From Callorhinchus milii (Eukaryota): a DNA stretch of 64,000 bases. The translations under genes were made by a program, and so were the position numbers. The stretch lies in the NCBI RefSeq assembly GCF_018977255.1, contig NW_024704742.1, forward strand, positions 76,200,001 to 76,264,000, in the 5' to 3' direction. Shown piece by piece: positions 1 through 14,524 of the stretch; positions within the stretch are counted from its first letter, which is position 1, and every line of letters begins with the position of its first letter. The notes beneath the pieces were generated by a model that saw nothing but the letters and a program-made list of their open reading frames with translations, searched no databases and was not told the origin of the DNA.

Positions 1-235
1 AGAAATAGGGAATAGGGAATAGGGAATGCAGGCCTCTATTCCTCCGCCACAACAAATGGGATTTTAACTTGTTACCACCCCATGCATTTTTCAAGGAGAT
101 TTACAAATACATTAGCACAACTTATTGTCCAGTCTTCATGACTCAATCATTTGTTCCAAAAGGACAGATGGACAGGATAGGAGTCCAGAAACACGACACT
201 GTAGTATTGGCCCAGAACAGCCTTATCCCATTTTA

Positions 236-546
236 CTCAGTGGTAAGAGCACTTGCCTTGCAAGCAAGAGACCTGGGTTCGATTCCCACAGGGCGAAACC
301 TTGGGCAAGTTTCCTTATTCCACACGCCTGATAATAATCCCTCAAGAAAAAAATAATAAAAATTGGTCACTTTAATCCACGACTGTTTGTGGGACATTGC
401 TGTGCGCAATTGACTGCCGTATTTCGCCCACAAAACTACAGTCAATTCACTTTACAGTCTATTCTGTGAAGCGCTTTGAGACGTCTGGAAGATGTGAAAA
501 GCGCTATATCAAATGCAAGGATTATTATTATTATATTATTATTATT
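236..546 (+). mobile_element. tRNA-derived SINE (young family)
   Basis: Partial A box, B box GGTTCGATTCC, shared body, tail ...AAATGCAAGG(ATT)n. Confidence 0.88.
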
Positions 547-727
547 ACTCAGCTTGGACTCTGAGATATCATGTGGATACTATCTGGGCATTGAAATAAT
601 GTCCATAGATTGAAAGCCACTCTCCTTCCTTATTCAAGGAAATACTGAATCTAACATTCTTCTTTAAGATGAATGGGCAGTGTGGGAGAAAGGTGCATTG
701 TAGTTATAAGTAACGTTGTCATCTGAA

Positions 728-970
728 ATAATAATAATAATCCTTGCATTTGATTATGACACCTTATCACGTTGTTGAGACGTCTCAAAGTGCTTCACAG
801 AATATACTGTAAAGTGAATTGACTGTATATTTTATGGACAAAAAGTGGCAGCCAATTGAGCACAGCAGTGTCCCACAAACAGTCACGGATTGAGTGACTA
901 CATTTGTTTTTGATAGATTATTAACCCCAGAAAGCAATCGTTGAACAACCGAGTTCCTACTTACTGTTAG
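728..970 (-). mobile_element. SINE, 5'-truncated, variant central module
   Basis: (AAT)n CCTTGCATTTG tail and AACCGAGTTCCTAC module shared with the copies at 17524, 54872 and 62475. Confidence 0.8.
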
Positions 971-2127
971 ATAAACAGAGGCATATGATCTTATATACTT
1001 CAGACTAATGCAATGCAAAGCAAAATGCATGCAGCATTCGTGCACTGATTCTGTCAGATCCAATGTCCGTTTTGGTGAACGATGTAAATTGATAAACTCC
1101 AATATTACTCAAATTACCCCAAAAAACCTGGTTGGGACCGTCCTAACCTGTAGAGAGCAAGCACTCACATCTCTTCCCTTCCTCCCCTCACATTCTACAG
1201 TAATAGTAATGATCCTTGCATTTGATATAGTGCCTTTAACACGTTATTGAGTTGCCTTAAAGCGCTTCACAGGATATACCGTAAAGTGGAGTTACACTGT
1301 GCAAAACTCAGCAGCCAGTTTGCACACAACAATGAACTTACAGACAGCCATGGAGTGAGATTACTGTCAAGTGTAGTGACTCTTTCTGTAGGTTTCCATA
1401 ATGATGAGAAGCCGACTGCCAACATTAATTACACAGCTAGATTTAGGAGATCCATATGAAGCCAGTTTACTCATAAGACCACCTAGCACCAATATCCTTT
1501 TCCCTTGCTCAACATCCGACACAGTCTTTGTAAAGCGCTCAGAGATGTTATCCTATGTAAAGGAGTTATATAAATGCAAGTTGTTGACACAAAATCTGTA
1601 TGCAAATTCTGCCCAAATCATTCATTTAAACAGTACATACAACATTAAAGTCTAGAATTTGCATGCTAACAGGAGTCAGCCAAGCTGTTAGATCCGGTGT
1701 GCAAAAGTAGAACATATTCCACTATCTAGGACTATTATCCACCATAGACAAGAAGAAAATATGAAGCTTTAATATCCTCAAACATTTTTAATTATTTTTG
1801 TAAAGTAATATCCATCCTGCCAGAATATTCCTCCCTCCCCCAGTCTTCTTTCTTGCAATATCGTAGCAATTTGAAGTCTGGGATATGACAATGTTTCTAG
1901 GCAACTGCTGTAATGTCATAAGAAGCGGATGGAAGTCAGGACCGATTAGCTAAGTGACATTGGATTATTTGCACTTTGATATAAGTCAGTTCATTCTGTA
2001 CATCTAATAAAAGCAAATCACGGTTACGAAATAACTCTACGTTCATCACATACTGAAAAACTGAAAACAATGTTGCCTGAATAATAAATGACGAATTACA
2101 CGTAGAAAACATAGTGATTGTAATATC

Positions 2128-2333
2128 AATAATACTCCTTGCATTTGATATAGCACTTTTCAAGTCTTCTAGAAGTCTCAAAGCGCTTCACAGAATATAC
2201 TGTAAAGTGAATTGACTGTATACTTGTGGCGAAACGCGGCAGCCAATTGCGCACAGCAGTGTCCCACAAACAGTCACGGATTGAAGTGACCAATTTATTA
2301 CTGTTTCTTTTCTTGAGGGATTATTATCAGGCA
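2128..2333 (-). mobile_element. SINE, 5'-truncated
   Basis: Same body and tail as the full-length copies. Confidence 0.8.
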
Positions 2334-3065
2334 TCTAACCTTCCTTCAAATGCAAGGCTATATATAGAGTCCAATCATTTTTTTAAGTGACTTATATTGA
2401 AGTGTCTCACTTGGAAAAATAAGGTACTTTGATCGTTGCCTTATTGTGCCGAAACAAACAGCTTTAGATTTACAAGCTAAATCGTATTTGTACTCAATCA
2501 AAATAAATAATAAAAAATCCCCACATTTGGTAGAAAGTTTTTCATATCAGAGGACGAACCAAAGCGCTTCACAGGATTTACTGTGAAGTGAAATGGCTGT
2601 GTATTTTTAGGCGAACACTGCAGCCCAATTACAAAGAGCAACTTCTATGGAGTGAGTAACCAATTTTATTTGGGGGTATTGTTGGCAACAATACTGGGAG
2701 AAACTCCCTTCTCTTTTTGAAAAGTGTCTTGGGATCTTTAATATTGTATCATATTCAAACATCTCTGCGATTTCACACTACAAACAAAGATCCCCCTCCA
2801 AAAAACCCCCAAAGTAGTTTAAAAACAACTTGCATTTATATAGCGCCCTTCACAAGGGGTAGTGTCCAAGCACTTGACAGCGATGGTCTGACACTGAGTC
2901 AGAGGGAGAGGGAAGGTGACTGTAAGCACGATCAAAAAGGAAGGTCCTTAGGCGTGATTTGAAAGTGGGCAGGGAGAGGGAATTCCACAATCTAAGGGAG
3001 GGATTGAGGGAGAGAGTTCCAGAGATTCGGGGCGTATTGTATCACCAACAAGCGATTGGGGAGAA

Positions 3066-3604
3066 TTGCTTGTCGGCCTCCCCAACTCCTCCCCCATAGG
3101 TTGCATATCATCCAGAACTTTGCAGCCTGTGTCCTCTCCCGCACCAGGTTCTGTGACCCTATCACCTACATCCTCGCCTGACTCTACCTGGCTTCCCATC
3201 ACACAGAGGATGCAGATCCTGGTCCTCACCTTCAAAGCTCTACATGGCCTTGCTCCCCCCCTAGTTCTGCAACCTCCTAACCCCTACTAACCTGCCCGCT
3301 CCCGAAGCTCAGCTTGCTTCACGACCCCCGCCTGGTCCGGCTCACCATGGGCGAGCAGGCCTTCAGCCACTCTGCCGCTACCCTCTGGAACGGCATCCTG
3401 CAGTCTCTCCACCTCGCCCCCTCCTTTGCCTCCTTCTCACGACCCTTCCCTTCGACGTACCTTTTATCACCCTCCTTCCCCCCGCCCTCCACCCTCCTCA
3501 ATCCTGACCACCAGCTCAGATCCAAAACACTGACTGTCCAGCGCCTTGAGACGTCCTCCCAACGTCAAAGGCGCTATACGAATGTAATTTTGTTGTTGTT
3601 GTTG
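3066..3604 (+). mobile_element. L2-clade LINE 3' fragment
   Basis: WLPITQRMQILVLTFKALHGLAPP peptide; tail AAAGGCGCTATACGAATGTAATTT(TGT)n. Confidence 0.85.
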
Positions 3605-3694
3605 CTTCGTATCAGAGAAAGACCGTGGGATATGAAGTGAGTCTCTGCTGGAAATTACGTTGTACAATACAAATGTAATCTTGTTGTTGTTATA

Positions 3695-4335
3695 TTAGCT
3701 GAAGGCAGAGCCACTAATGTGGAGCGGAGGCTAGGAGCACAAACAGGAGGCCGGAGCCAGCCGAGCAGAGACGCGGGTGGTTGAGTGGGGTGGTAAGTAG
3801 TTCGGATAGGGAGGGAGGTGCCAGGACAAGTGATTTGAAAACAAGTGAGAGAATCTTGAAATCGATCTGTTTGGTAATTGGGAGCCAGTGGAAACTGGCA
3901 AGGATTGGTCTGATGGGGGTACGAAGTTTTGTGCGGGTGAGTATCTGGACCTCAGAGATTTGAATTAATTGAATTTTGTATATGGTGGAGCAGGGGAGAC
4001 CCCGAAGAGGGCATTGGTATAGTCCAGCCAGGAAGTGCCGAAGGCGTGGATGAGGGTTTCGGCTGTGTTGGTTGTGAGGTACGGATGGAGACGGGCAATG
4101 TGACAGAGGTGGAAGAAAGTAGTCTTGGTCCGGGAACGGATGTGAACTAGAAAGGAAAGCTGTGGATCAAACCTGACGCCTAAGTTGTGCACGGGTTCGG
4201 AGAGTCTGGGAAGGTTGAGTAGTTCAGACCCACAAGAGAAGACGTTGATGGGAGCCAAAGAGTATGGCTTCCGTCTTGCCAACATTCAGCTGCAGGAAAT
4301 TTCCACTCATCCAGGCCTTGATGTCCGTCAAACAA
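3695..4335 (-). mobile_element. L2-clade LINE fragment
   Basis: NLGVRFDPQLSF...FFHLCHIARLHPYL...AETLIHAF peptide. Confidence 0.85.
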
Positions 4336-5414
4336 ACTGACAGGATAACAGCCTGAAGAGAGGGACTGGTTGATAGTGTAAGCTAGTAGTAGGAAAAGGA
4401 GGGGGAGTTGAGTGCTTAGAAGCTGGGTGAGGAGGCGGTGGAGGTAGTAGATGGTGGGCTTCATCTGGGTGATGGTGGAAGAAAGGGAGGAGAGATGGGG
4501 GCAAAGGAATGTAGGGTGTGTGCCATGGTAGAGGAGAAGGTGATGAAAGAGGCATGGGGGGGCGGGGGGGGAGGAGGAGGAGGCAGCCAGGCAAATGTTA
4601 TCTATTGTAGTCCATGCTGGTATTCATGCCCCACACAAGCCTCCACTCCTAATTCCCTCTCCCATAATCTTTGAATTCCCTCTCCGTTAGCTCTCTATTC
4701 CTTCTCCCTTATATATACTTCATGAATATGTAAGGGAGAAGGAGTCTCTTCATGTATTTATTTCACTTGCTAATTCTATTCAATATTCAACGTGCAAATT
4801 AACTCAAGATGTCTGTTAAATCAAACACGATTCTGACGCCTCTTCAACTGATGAGTTTCACACAATGTTAAAAAACGATGAGTGAACAACATAAAAATGT
4901 TACCTAAAGTAAATTGTATTCAGGTGGTTCCCAACACTGTCTAAGATTATACGTATGTTTCCCCTTTTCTCCAAATCAATTACAGTAACTTTTCACTCAG
5001 GAAAGCTTGATCTTCAATGTTAGTCAACAAACAGCCAATTTTGAATAACTTATGAGCCCAACCCACTAGGATTGAAGCTGTTGCTAAACATCTTTTAATG
5101 TTTTTTAAATGGAATTTTATATTATCTTCTCTTTAGACAGTCCAATATTGTTCGCAGAATTGGACCTTCAGGTCTGCATATCCACCGACTAACCATTGAA
5201 TTTTTCCGTATTCTTGCATCAGGTTACCAATTTCATTCAAAGCAGTGAATGAAACTAGAGGACTAGCGTTTTATAGACTAATGTAATCAATCTCTTCATC
5301 TACAATTAAATCACAATGGTTGTCACATTCTAACTACTACATTATCTGCAAAATAATTGCAATGGGGGATGTATGTACTGGACGAAAAGGGGAGATTAGG
5401 CGGAATTATTGGAA

Positions 5415-5630
5415 AGAGTTGTTAGATTGTGAAAATGCCCTGCTGGGTGCAGTGGCCAAAGCAGAATTTATACTAGAGTCTGACAGGGAATTAGATAGAT
5501 ATTTTAATGGGAATAATTTGCAAGGGTTTGTATTAAAGACTGATAAATGAGGCTGAATGGATTGCTCTTTCAAAGAGCCATCACAGACAACAATGGATCA
5601 AATGACCTTCTGTGCTGCAAATTTCTATGG
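5415..5630 (+). mobile_element. CR1 LINE 3' end remnant
   Basis: DRELDRYF-like terminus and CTCTTTCAAAGAGCC...TCTGTGCTG 3' UTR. Confidence 0.6.
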
Positions 5631-8315
5631 ACCAACTATTTTCCAACAAGAACAGTTCTGATTTAAATAATAATGCTTGTATATGCAGGAGGCTCACTTA
5701 TGATTGAGAAGTGAATCAATAAACTATTTGGAACAAAGATTCAATTTATCCCACTTTTAGCTTCTAGTTTCAGAGTGTGACCTGTACATTTACATGGCTT
5801 AGAGACCATCTGCAAACAATTATGATTTGCTTGGGTGTACAGATATCCTGATGTCAATTGATAAAGATGATTATATGTGTAGAACCTACATTACAATTTT
5901 TTTTTTGGGGGGTGGCGCAGGGCGGAAATCTCCACTACTAAAAGAACTATGCATCTCCAAAGACTGTGGCTTTTTGTGAGATTCCACTACCATTTTGTGA
6001 ATCCTGACGATTTAAACAAAACTCTCCAACTTCTGTTCACGCATGTGAAAACTCTTTTGATGGCCTTCATGCAACTTACAAGATGATTTGTAAGACACAA
6101 AATACCCTTTACATTTGATAAAGCACCTTTCACATTGGGAGGATGTCTCAAAGCGCTTCACATGATTTTACTTCACATGATTTTACTTGTAGTGTATTTT
6201 GCATGTTAAACAGCATTGTTTGGCCTCTTCATTCTGACTCATTGGACTCATATTATTGAGTAGGATATGTGTAAAAGGGGCTGTATAAATACAAATTGTG
6301 TTTTATTGCATGTAGAGCCAACAGAAAATCTGGCTGAGCATTGCGTTTGCCAGATCCAGAACTGGAAAAACTAATGATTTTAAAAATACTAGCTGTCTCT
6401 GAAGATAGATTTACTTATTCTGACTTGTGTCATCAGGAAACAAACTGAACGTTAGATAAGAGGTCCAATAATCTGTTTCTCATCACAGTGGGATAATTCA
6501 TAACAAGTCAATGTAACAGCTCTCAACTGCATTTTGGCTTTTACTGTATAGGGTACAATACTTGCTTTGCTATATGCTCAGTTTGAGGTTCAGTTGGAGT
6601 TCTACATCTGGCAATTGAAATAACTAACCTGAAAATGTTTAATGCTAGAATTGAGTAATTAAAAAGTAGACAGTGATGAATATGACGCAGATCCCCATCT
6701 GCTAGTAAAATATATATTTTCCATATGCCTGATCATTGGTGAAATATATTCTATGCCTCTCGAAGTTCATGAACAATATTTGGGAAACTGTACCACACCA
6801 GAAGACCTCCGAAGGAGAGAGCAACTATTAAGAAATAATTCTATTGAATCAACAGGATTAAGAGCCATATGGAGATGGAATAAAGAGAAAGTGCAAGGCA
6901 GACAGACACGTGCACATATACTCACATGAGAAAGAGAAAGTGCAAGGCAGATATAGGAAAGAGACATATACTGATTAAAGAGTGAGTGAGAGAGACAGGG
7001 AATGACATACACAGAGAAAAAGTCAGTGGAAGGTGGGGGGGGCGGGTGGGAAAGAGAAAAAATAGTTCACAATGAGCAGTATGAAAGTTTGAAAGTAAGC
7101 TTGTTCTTTATCAAAGCTGGAACATTCAGATTCCCCCAAAGATCTTTCCTTTTCAATCAAAAAGACAAGTATTTCTGCCTGAACTCAAGTCTTGAAAATG
7201 CCTCTCACCAGGCAGCAACGGTGGCTTCCTTTCAAAGAAGTGAAACAAAGCCACTGACAAACACTGATGAGTTGAGCATTGAGTAAATAAACTCAAATCT
7301 TGAGGACCTGTATGATATGAGATCATTTTACAGTCAGTCACACAAAGCAAATAAGGGTGCATTCATGCAAATACAATGCTTTTTTAAAAAAATGTTTCTG
7401 CTCTGTCAGGAGTCATACTCAAGCAATAAGGAATGATTGTACTGATCTATGGAAAACAAAGCATTAGACAAAGAAGGAATGGAATCCTGCTTTTTAACTT
7501 TGTGGTCTACTGTATAAAATAGCAAAAATTAGGTGAGGGGACGAAGCTTATAGGGCTTATAGGGCAAGATTTAAGAGTGGAGTGGTTCAATGACAAAATT
7601 TGGGTTTTGAATGAGCTAAGAACAGAATGCCTCCAATAGGTTTTACCACAGTAACATTGAGAGAGGTGGAAAGGTTTGTTAGTGTATTAAAGAGATAGAT
7701 AAAATAGAGACGAGAAAGGTTACAATAGAGAAAGGTTGGATATCTGAATAAAGGGATCAACCACTGAGCACAATTCCTATCCAGAGGGCAAGAGGTGTTC
7801 AGAGAGCTTCTCCAGACATGGAAGCAGTATTGGACTCTTGAATAGATTACACAATGCTGAGAGTTATATTTGATATAGTTTCACGGTGGCAATTAAAATA
7901 GAATATGAGAATTCATAAGAGGCAAAGAACCCCAAGAATAAATAGATGAAGGTGGATTTCTACACCTTTCTAGAACTGTTTTTTCACATAACACCAAAAG
8001 ATGGAGTCTTTGACATACCATTCTAAGACTGGCAAGATTGTGCTGTGCTCCCTGTGGGCTGGTCAGATTAGGTCTTTGCTGCCACTACCTTTATACTACC
8101 AGACAAGCTGGGACTCTTCAGTCTTCAAAGGAGACGACTCAGAGGGGATCTTATAGAGATATATACAATTATAAAATAGGACTAAAAAAGTATATCCAGA
8201 ACAATAATGTAATATGATTATGGTTATTGTTATTAACAATACTTGAGGATAAATTAAGGCAGTAAAACACGAGGATATAGGTTTCGAACTTCAAAGGACA
8301 ATTTCAAGCCAAACA

Positions 8316-8515
8316 GTAATAATCAGGCTTGCATTTTTTTATATAGCGCCTTATCAGGTCTTCGAGACGTCTCAAAGCACTTCACATAATATGTTGCAAT
8401 GTGTAGTGGCTGTTTATTTTGTGGGTGAAATGCTGCAGCCTATTGCACACTGCAGTGCCCACAAACAGTTGTGGATTAAGTGACCAAATTTTTCTTATTT
8501 TTTTTCTTTGAAGGG
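8316..8515 (-). mobile_element. SINE fragment lying between CR1 LINE remnants (~8100-8300 and ~8690-8845)
   Basis: SINE tail and body; flanks resemble CR1 ORF2 end (LGLFSLQRRRLRGDLIEIY) and CR1 3' UTR. Confidence 0.7.
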
Positions 8516-8891
8516 ATAACTCCACTGAGTACATTTATTTCCCAGAATTTGTGAAGCTGCATACAATTTTGTATAAACTAATCAAGTCTTGTCTATTATA
8601 AAAAGGAAGTCCACATGGTTTTAGACCCAAAATAACCCACATCTCTTGAGAAAGAAAATCACACATGTCTCTGATAATTAGAGACTGAAACAGCTTGCCA
8701 GGAAGGGTGGTTGAGGCCAGGACACTAAACTCATTTATAAAATAGCTTGATGCTGTGATGGGAAGACACTAAGATAAGTATTCTGGAATAACAAGATCAA
8801 ATGGGCCAAACAGTTTTCTTCATCTAAACCAATCTTTTGTTCTTGTGGAGATTTCAGCAACAAAAATACACTTCAATTCAAACAAATGCCA

Positions 8892-9140
8892 TTCCCAGGG
8901 GGCGAAACCTTTGACAAGTTTCCTTACTCCACACGCCTAATAATAATTCCTCAAGAAAAAAAACAATAAATTGGTCTCTTCAATCTACAAGTATTTGTGG
9001 GACACTGCTGTTCCGGAGTTTCACTCATGAATATACAGTCAATTCACTTTACAGTATATTCTGTGAAGTGCTTTGAGACGTCTAGAAGACGTGAAAAGCG
9101 CTATATTAAATGCAAGGATTATTATTATAATTTATTATTA
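8892..9140 (+). mobile_element. SINE, 5'-truncated
   Basis: GGCGAAACCTT...CCTTACTCCACAC body and (ATT)n tail. Confidence 0.8.
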
Positions 9141-9961
9141 TTTCAGCATTCTACCCTCATTTGGTTTGTGCATAGATTTTGTAGAAAAAAGCTTGCTCTC
9201 CTGCTCAAACTGTAAGTGGCAGCATTTTATGTATTACAACCCTGACTTAATTTGAGGCTTTGGCTTGTTGTCAAAATATATGCTTGTGACCATTAAATAT
9301 TTAAAATTTATTTTGAGCAATGCGTATTTTAAATTTGTTAATAGACACAGGTTTCTGGTTTTATCCTGCCGACTCAAAAACCCCCGACTCTAATCACTGA
9401 ATCATTTGGTATAAAATACCAAGCTCCGTGACAGTTCTCTTGGTTAGCCTCTTCAACTGCAGGACGAATTGTTGGGCCGAAAACCTGGCACAAAAATGCT
9501 TTAAAATAATAGGAATGGTAACAACATTTTGATATTGTGAACCCTTTATTGTGAAACAGTGAGGTGATCACCATTGTTATTTAAAGTGCAACGGCAGCAA
9601 AATTCCTTTGGTAACTGATTACTCACCAGAGTGGGACACAGAGCAAAATGAATATGTTGGGGAGGGAGAAATGAATTGAGAATGAAATCTGAATTCAGTA
9701 GCTTTGGGAGAAACTTTTGGGCATTACCAATGATCTCTTATTTCAGGACATAGCAAATAACTCCCCAATGCAAGGCATACATTTGTCCAGCACCAGCATC
9801 TTCAGCAGATTGGATTTAGAAATCAACATGTAGATGGTTCAGAGCAACAGATTCGTGGACACTGGTGAATTACTGGTGGACACATTGTGCCAAAAGGAGC
9901 AGGGCTTGCATTCTCCACAATGGTTGTCTGTGTGGCCAGTTTGTATCTCTAAAAATGCATT

Positions 9962-10977
9962 AACAACAACAAGATTACATTTGTATTGCGCCTTTCACTT
10001 CGGGAGGACATCCCAAGGCACTGGACAGCGTACAGCATTTCAGACCTGAGCTGGGGTCAGGTGGGAGAAGGGAGGGAAGGGGAAGGGGGATGACCGATGG
10101 CATGGTCGAAGAGGAGGGTCTTGAGGCGGGACTTGAAGGAGGCTAAGGAGGGGGCGAGGGGGAGTGATTGGGGGATGAAGTTCCAGAGGTTGAAGGCTGT
10201 CCCGCCAATGGTGGGGCGGGTGGGTCGGGGGACGTGGAGCAGGCCAGAGCCGGCTGAGTGGAGGAAGCGGGCGGGTTGGTAGGGGGTTAGGAGGTCGCAG
10301 AGGTAGGGTGGGGCGAGGCCATGGAGGGCTTTGTAGGTGAGGACCAGGATCTTGAACTGGATCCTCTGAAGGATAGGGAGCCAATGGAGTCGGGCGAGAA
10401 TGGAAGAGATGGGGTCACGGAGTTTGGTGCGGGAGAGGACACGGGCTGCAGAGTTCTGGATTATCTGCAGCCTGTGGAGGGAGGAGTTGGGAAGGGTGAC
10501 AAGCAGGGGGTTTGCATAGTCGAGCCTGGAGGTGATGAAGGCATGAACAAGAGTTTCAGTGGCCTGAGGGGTGAGGTAGTGGCGGAGTCGGGCGATGTTA
10601 CGGAGGTGAGGGAAGGCAGAGTGGGTCATGGCTTGAATGTGAAGGTGAAAAGACAGTTGAGGGTTGAACAAGACCCCTAGGTTCCTGACTGGTTTGGTGA
10701 GTTGTAGTGTGCAACCATGGAGGTTGATGTTGCCAGAGGCTGAGGTGCTGAGGTGCTGAGGTGCTGGTGTGAGCCAATCAGGAGGGCCTCAGTTTTGTTC
10801 ACATTCAACTGTAGGAAATTTGCCCTCATCCAGGACTTGATGTCCGACAGACAGTGGTACTGGAGTTGAGAGTAGAGGTAGAAAGATAGAGTTGGGTGTC
10901 ATCTGCATACATATGAAAGTTGACCCCACGTCTGTGGATGATGTCACCAAGGGGGAGCATGTAGATATTAAAGAGGA
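9962..10977 (-). mobile_element. L2-clade LINE 3' portion including the RT YADD motif
   Basis: [29 protein letters not shown] at ~10890-10975; 204 aa ORF2 C-terminal frame; (TTG)n tail. Confidence 0.92.
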
Positions 10978-11612
10978 CAACAACAACAACTTGGATTTAT
11001 ATAGTGCCCTCCACACAGGACAGTGTCTCAGAGCGCTTTACAGAAACGGATCCTGGGGCCGAGCCAGGGGGAGGGGGAGGAAAGTGACCAAAGGCGCATC
11101 AAAAAGAAAGGTCTTCAGCAGAGACCTGAAAATGGGAAGGGAGGGAGCGAGGCGAAGGGAGTGAGGAAGGCAGTTCCAGAGCTTCGGGGCATAGTGGCTG
11201 AAGGCACGGCCGCCGAGGGTGGAGCGGAGGACTCAGAGGCGGCCAGACCCGGAGGAACGAAGGCAACGGGCACTGTTTTGAGAGAGGAGGTCAGAGAGGT
11301 AGGGGGGCGCAGAGGAGTGCAGGGATTTGAATACAAGAGTGAGGATCTTGAAATCGATTCTCTCTGGGACAGGCAGCCAGTGCAGTCTGGCAAGGACTGG
11401 GGTGATCGGGGAGCGGAGTTTGGTGCGGGTAAGAATGCGGGCGGCAGAGTTTTGAATGATCTGGATTTTATGGATGGTAGTGGATGGGAGACCGGTGAGG
11501 AGAGCGTTAGAGTAGTCCAGCCGAGAGGTGACAAAGGCATGGACCAGGGTTTCAACGGCTTTTGGGGAGAGGTATTGGCGGAGATGGGCGATGCGTCGGA
11601 GGTGGAAGAAAG
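10978..11612 (-). mobile_element. Second L2 subfamily copy, nested in the preceding L2
   Basis: [14 protein letters not shown]...[12 protein letters not shown] peptide; distinct 3' UTR and its own (TTG)n tail. Confidence 0.88.
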
Positions 11613-13630
11613 GGGAGGGCCAAGGACAGAACTCTGGGGGACGCCAGACGTGTCCAATGGAAACAATGCACGATTGGCAACTGAAACATGAAACAATCGA
11701 TTTGTGGTTGTTGAAGATGGAATACACTCTGTATCCAAACACTTCAGATTACGTAGCACTCTTGGAAGTCACTTAAAGGATGTGTGGTTATTTCCCAGCC
11801 TCTCCATCCCATTTTCTTTTCTCAGAATACTTCCTATTCCTTTGTTATCTCATGGAAACCAAATGCCATTCTCTGATCAAGCAAAACTGACCAGTTCACA
11901 CTGTAACAATCACAGACACCATCAGTTTTACTCCTTTCGTTGGCAGATCAGAAATGGATGAACACGGGGGGAAGTGCTGTTCCACGTAACATCAGTAAAA
12001 ATTTCCTTTCTACCACTCACTCGGCCCACCTCTTAAAAAGTTGAAAGAGATATTGTTATTTAGGTTTCAAATGTAGTGTTTTTGAAACTTTTGAAAATGT
12101 ATTCTGCATATACACAATCACTTTTTTTAAAGACCCTGTGAAGTCAGCAGGGGAAAAAAAATTGACAATGTTGAATGTCAAACACTTCAAAACAAAAACT
12201 GCAAATAAAGCAAAAATGTTCAGCATAACAACTGGAATTAATGTACATTTCTATTTAGATATATTTCCTACCAAAATGAGCACTCAGATTTCATACCACA
12301 TCACATCTGAAATAAGTCATTAAAGTTCAACATAAATAATAAATTTCAAAGCATGAAAATGGTAAAAAAAATTCAGGCATAAACTGAGACACACAAAATA
12401 CAGAAGCCACACATGCTATCCTGCAGTTAGATATAAGAAGTGTGCTTAAGATGACCGTCCAAAAGGGAGCAAAGCAGAAAGAAAAGCGCATTTATTTCAC
12501 ATGCAAAATATTTTCAGTGCTTTTACATAGTGTCCTGTTGGACTTCAGTCAAGTCCTATTATACACATTGTGGAAGGTGCAGCAGATACTCAAAACGGCC
12601 ATGTTTGCTCTCTTTGCAAGCGGCTGCAGTTTGCTTCTTATGCTCACAAGGTCAGACAACACTTACATTAGGTACAACCCTACCGAACAGGCAAAGCACA
12701 ACAGCTGATAAACAATCCTTGTACGCACCTTCAGTATCATCAAGCATTTGCAATTGATCCACCCACACTGTTAAATCCTCCCAACAGACTTTGCAAAGGG
12801 CAGCAAAAAATAAAAGGGAAAAAAGGACAAAATGTCATGCAAATAAAATGACTGCAAAACAATTTTAAAAAGGGAAAAATAAATGGGAGATAATATTGCT
12901 AAATTACAGGTAAATTGTCTGTACTGCATTTTTATAACTTTGAATTGTTTGTAATATTGCAGCATTGGGCTCATAAAAGGTTTCACGCAGCAATAGAGGA
13001 CTCAACAAACATGATTTTCCTTACAAAAGTTAAAATTTGCTTTCACCTTTTACAAATGTAGACGTATTTAACCTAACTAAATACATGCACTAGGTATCAA
13101 ATCCACAATTGCAATAGGAGGCACTGGCTCTAATAATTGCCAAATTAGAATGTGATTCTTTAATAAGGAAACTGGAGGTAGGGAATCTACGTTCAGAGAA
13201 AAGTTCCTGCTGGGCAGTGTCAAGCATTTCCAGTTACCAGAAAGCGACCCATTCAAATTCTTCATTGAGGAATCCCATTATGTTAGACCTCACTGTATGC
13301 AAAACTCAAGTCAGATCAATAATGCATGCAACATGCTTTCGGGAATAATTACCATATCATTCACAATAGCAAATTTTCATCAGGGTTAGAGGAATAGAGT
13401 GCAATCATATAACAATGACTAAACATTAAGTAGCAGCACCTCACTTAAAAGCAACAAGTTTTTGGCAGTCCAGAAACGAAGCAGTTATTTCACTGATATC
13501 ATGTACCATAATGTTGACACTTGTGCAGAAGCAAGACTCTTCACACAGTGCATTTCTAATATTAGCCACAGCCATCTGGGAAGGGAAATGGCTGACTTGA
13601 TTTAGACTCTTACAATTACTGTGACACTGG

Positions 13631-13962
13631 AATAATAATAATAATAATAATAATCCTTGCATTTGATATAGCGCTTTTCACGTCGAGAGGACGTCCCAAA
13701 GCGCTTCACAGAACACACTGTAAAGTGAATTGACTGTATATTTGTGGGCGAACGCGGCAGCCAATTGCACACAGCAATGTCCCACAAACAGTCATGGATT
13801 GAAAATGACCAATTTATTATTGTTTTTTGTTTTGGAGGGATTATTATTAGGCTCTGTGTGGAGTAAGGAAACTTGCCCAAGGTTTCGCCCTCTGCCTGGA
13901 ATTGAACTCAGGTCTCTCACTTGCAAAGCAAGTGCTCTAACCACTGAGCTACAGGACTCCAC
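13631..13962 (-). mobile_element. Full-length tRNA-Ala-headed SINE, young subfamily
   Basis: Nearly identical by eye to the copies at 44333 and 46382; A and B boxes; (ATT)n tail. Confidence 0.92.
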
Positions 13963-14524
13963 ATCCTGGAATGTCTTAAGAGCGAGCTATTGAACTTGAT
14001 TGGAATAGTTATGCAAGACGTGAAAAAGTAAAAGTGAATTTCAAGGTGGGGTGGGATGGGGGGTAGGAAGAAGATTATTTTCTAACAATTTCCTCCACTT
14101 CTCTTTCCTTAATTCTATTTTCGCAGTATGGTTCCATGAATCCCATCTGGTACCTCTCCCAAGAGGTCACTGTTCAGCAAGCATTTGTAAGCTATTTGAC
14201 CTCTATTCAACCACAGGATGCATCAGAGCCAAGTCCAATCCAATAATACCCTGATAGTCCCTCACATGTACCTCCCAATAAGTGTCTTGGGAGTAGGAGC
14301 AGGAATACTGGCTGATTTCCCCCTGTCATTCCCTGAGATTGGAGTGTGTGTGTATGTGTTTGTGAGATGGGAGGAGGGAAGGGGGGAGACAACAACAACA
14401 ACAACAAGATTACATTTGTATAGTGCCTTTCACGTCGGGAGGATGTCCCAAGGCGCTGGACAGAGTACAACATTTCAGATTTAAGCTGGGGTTGGGGAGA
14501 GTAAGGGACATCAGAGAAAGGGAA

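Noticed and set aside
7264..7298. CTGATGAG hammerhead-like starts here and at ~4848 and ~23324
   Set aside because: No stem II followed by GAAA.
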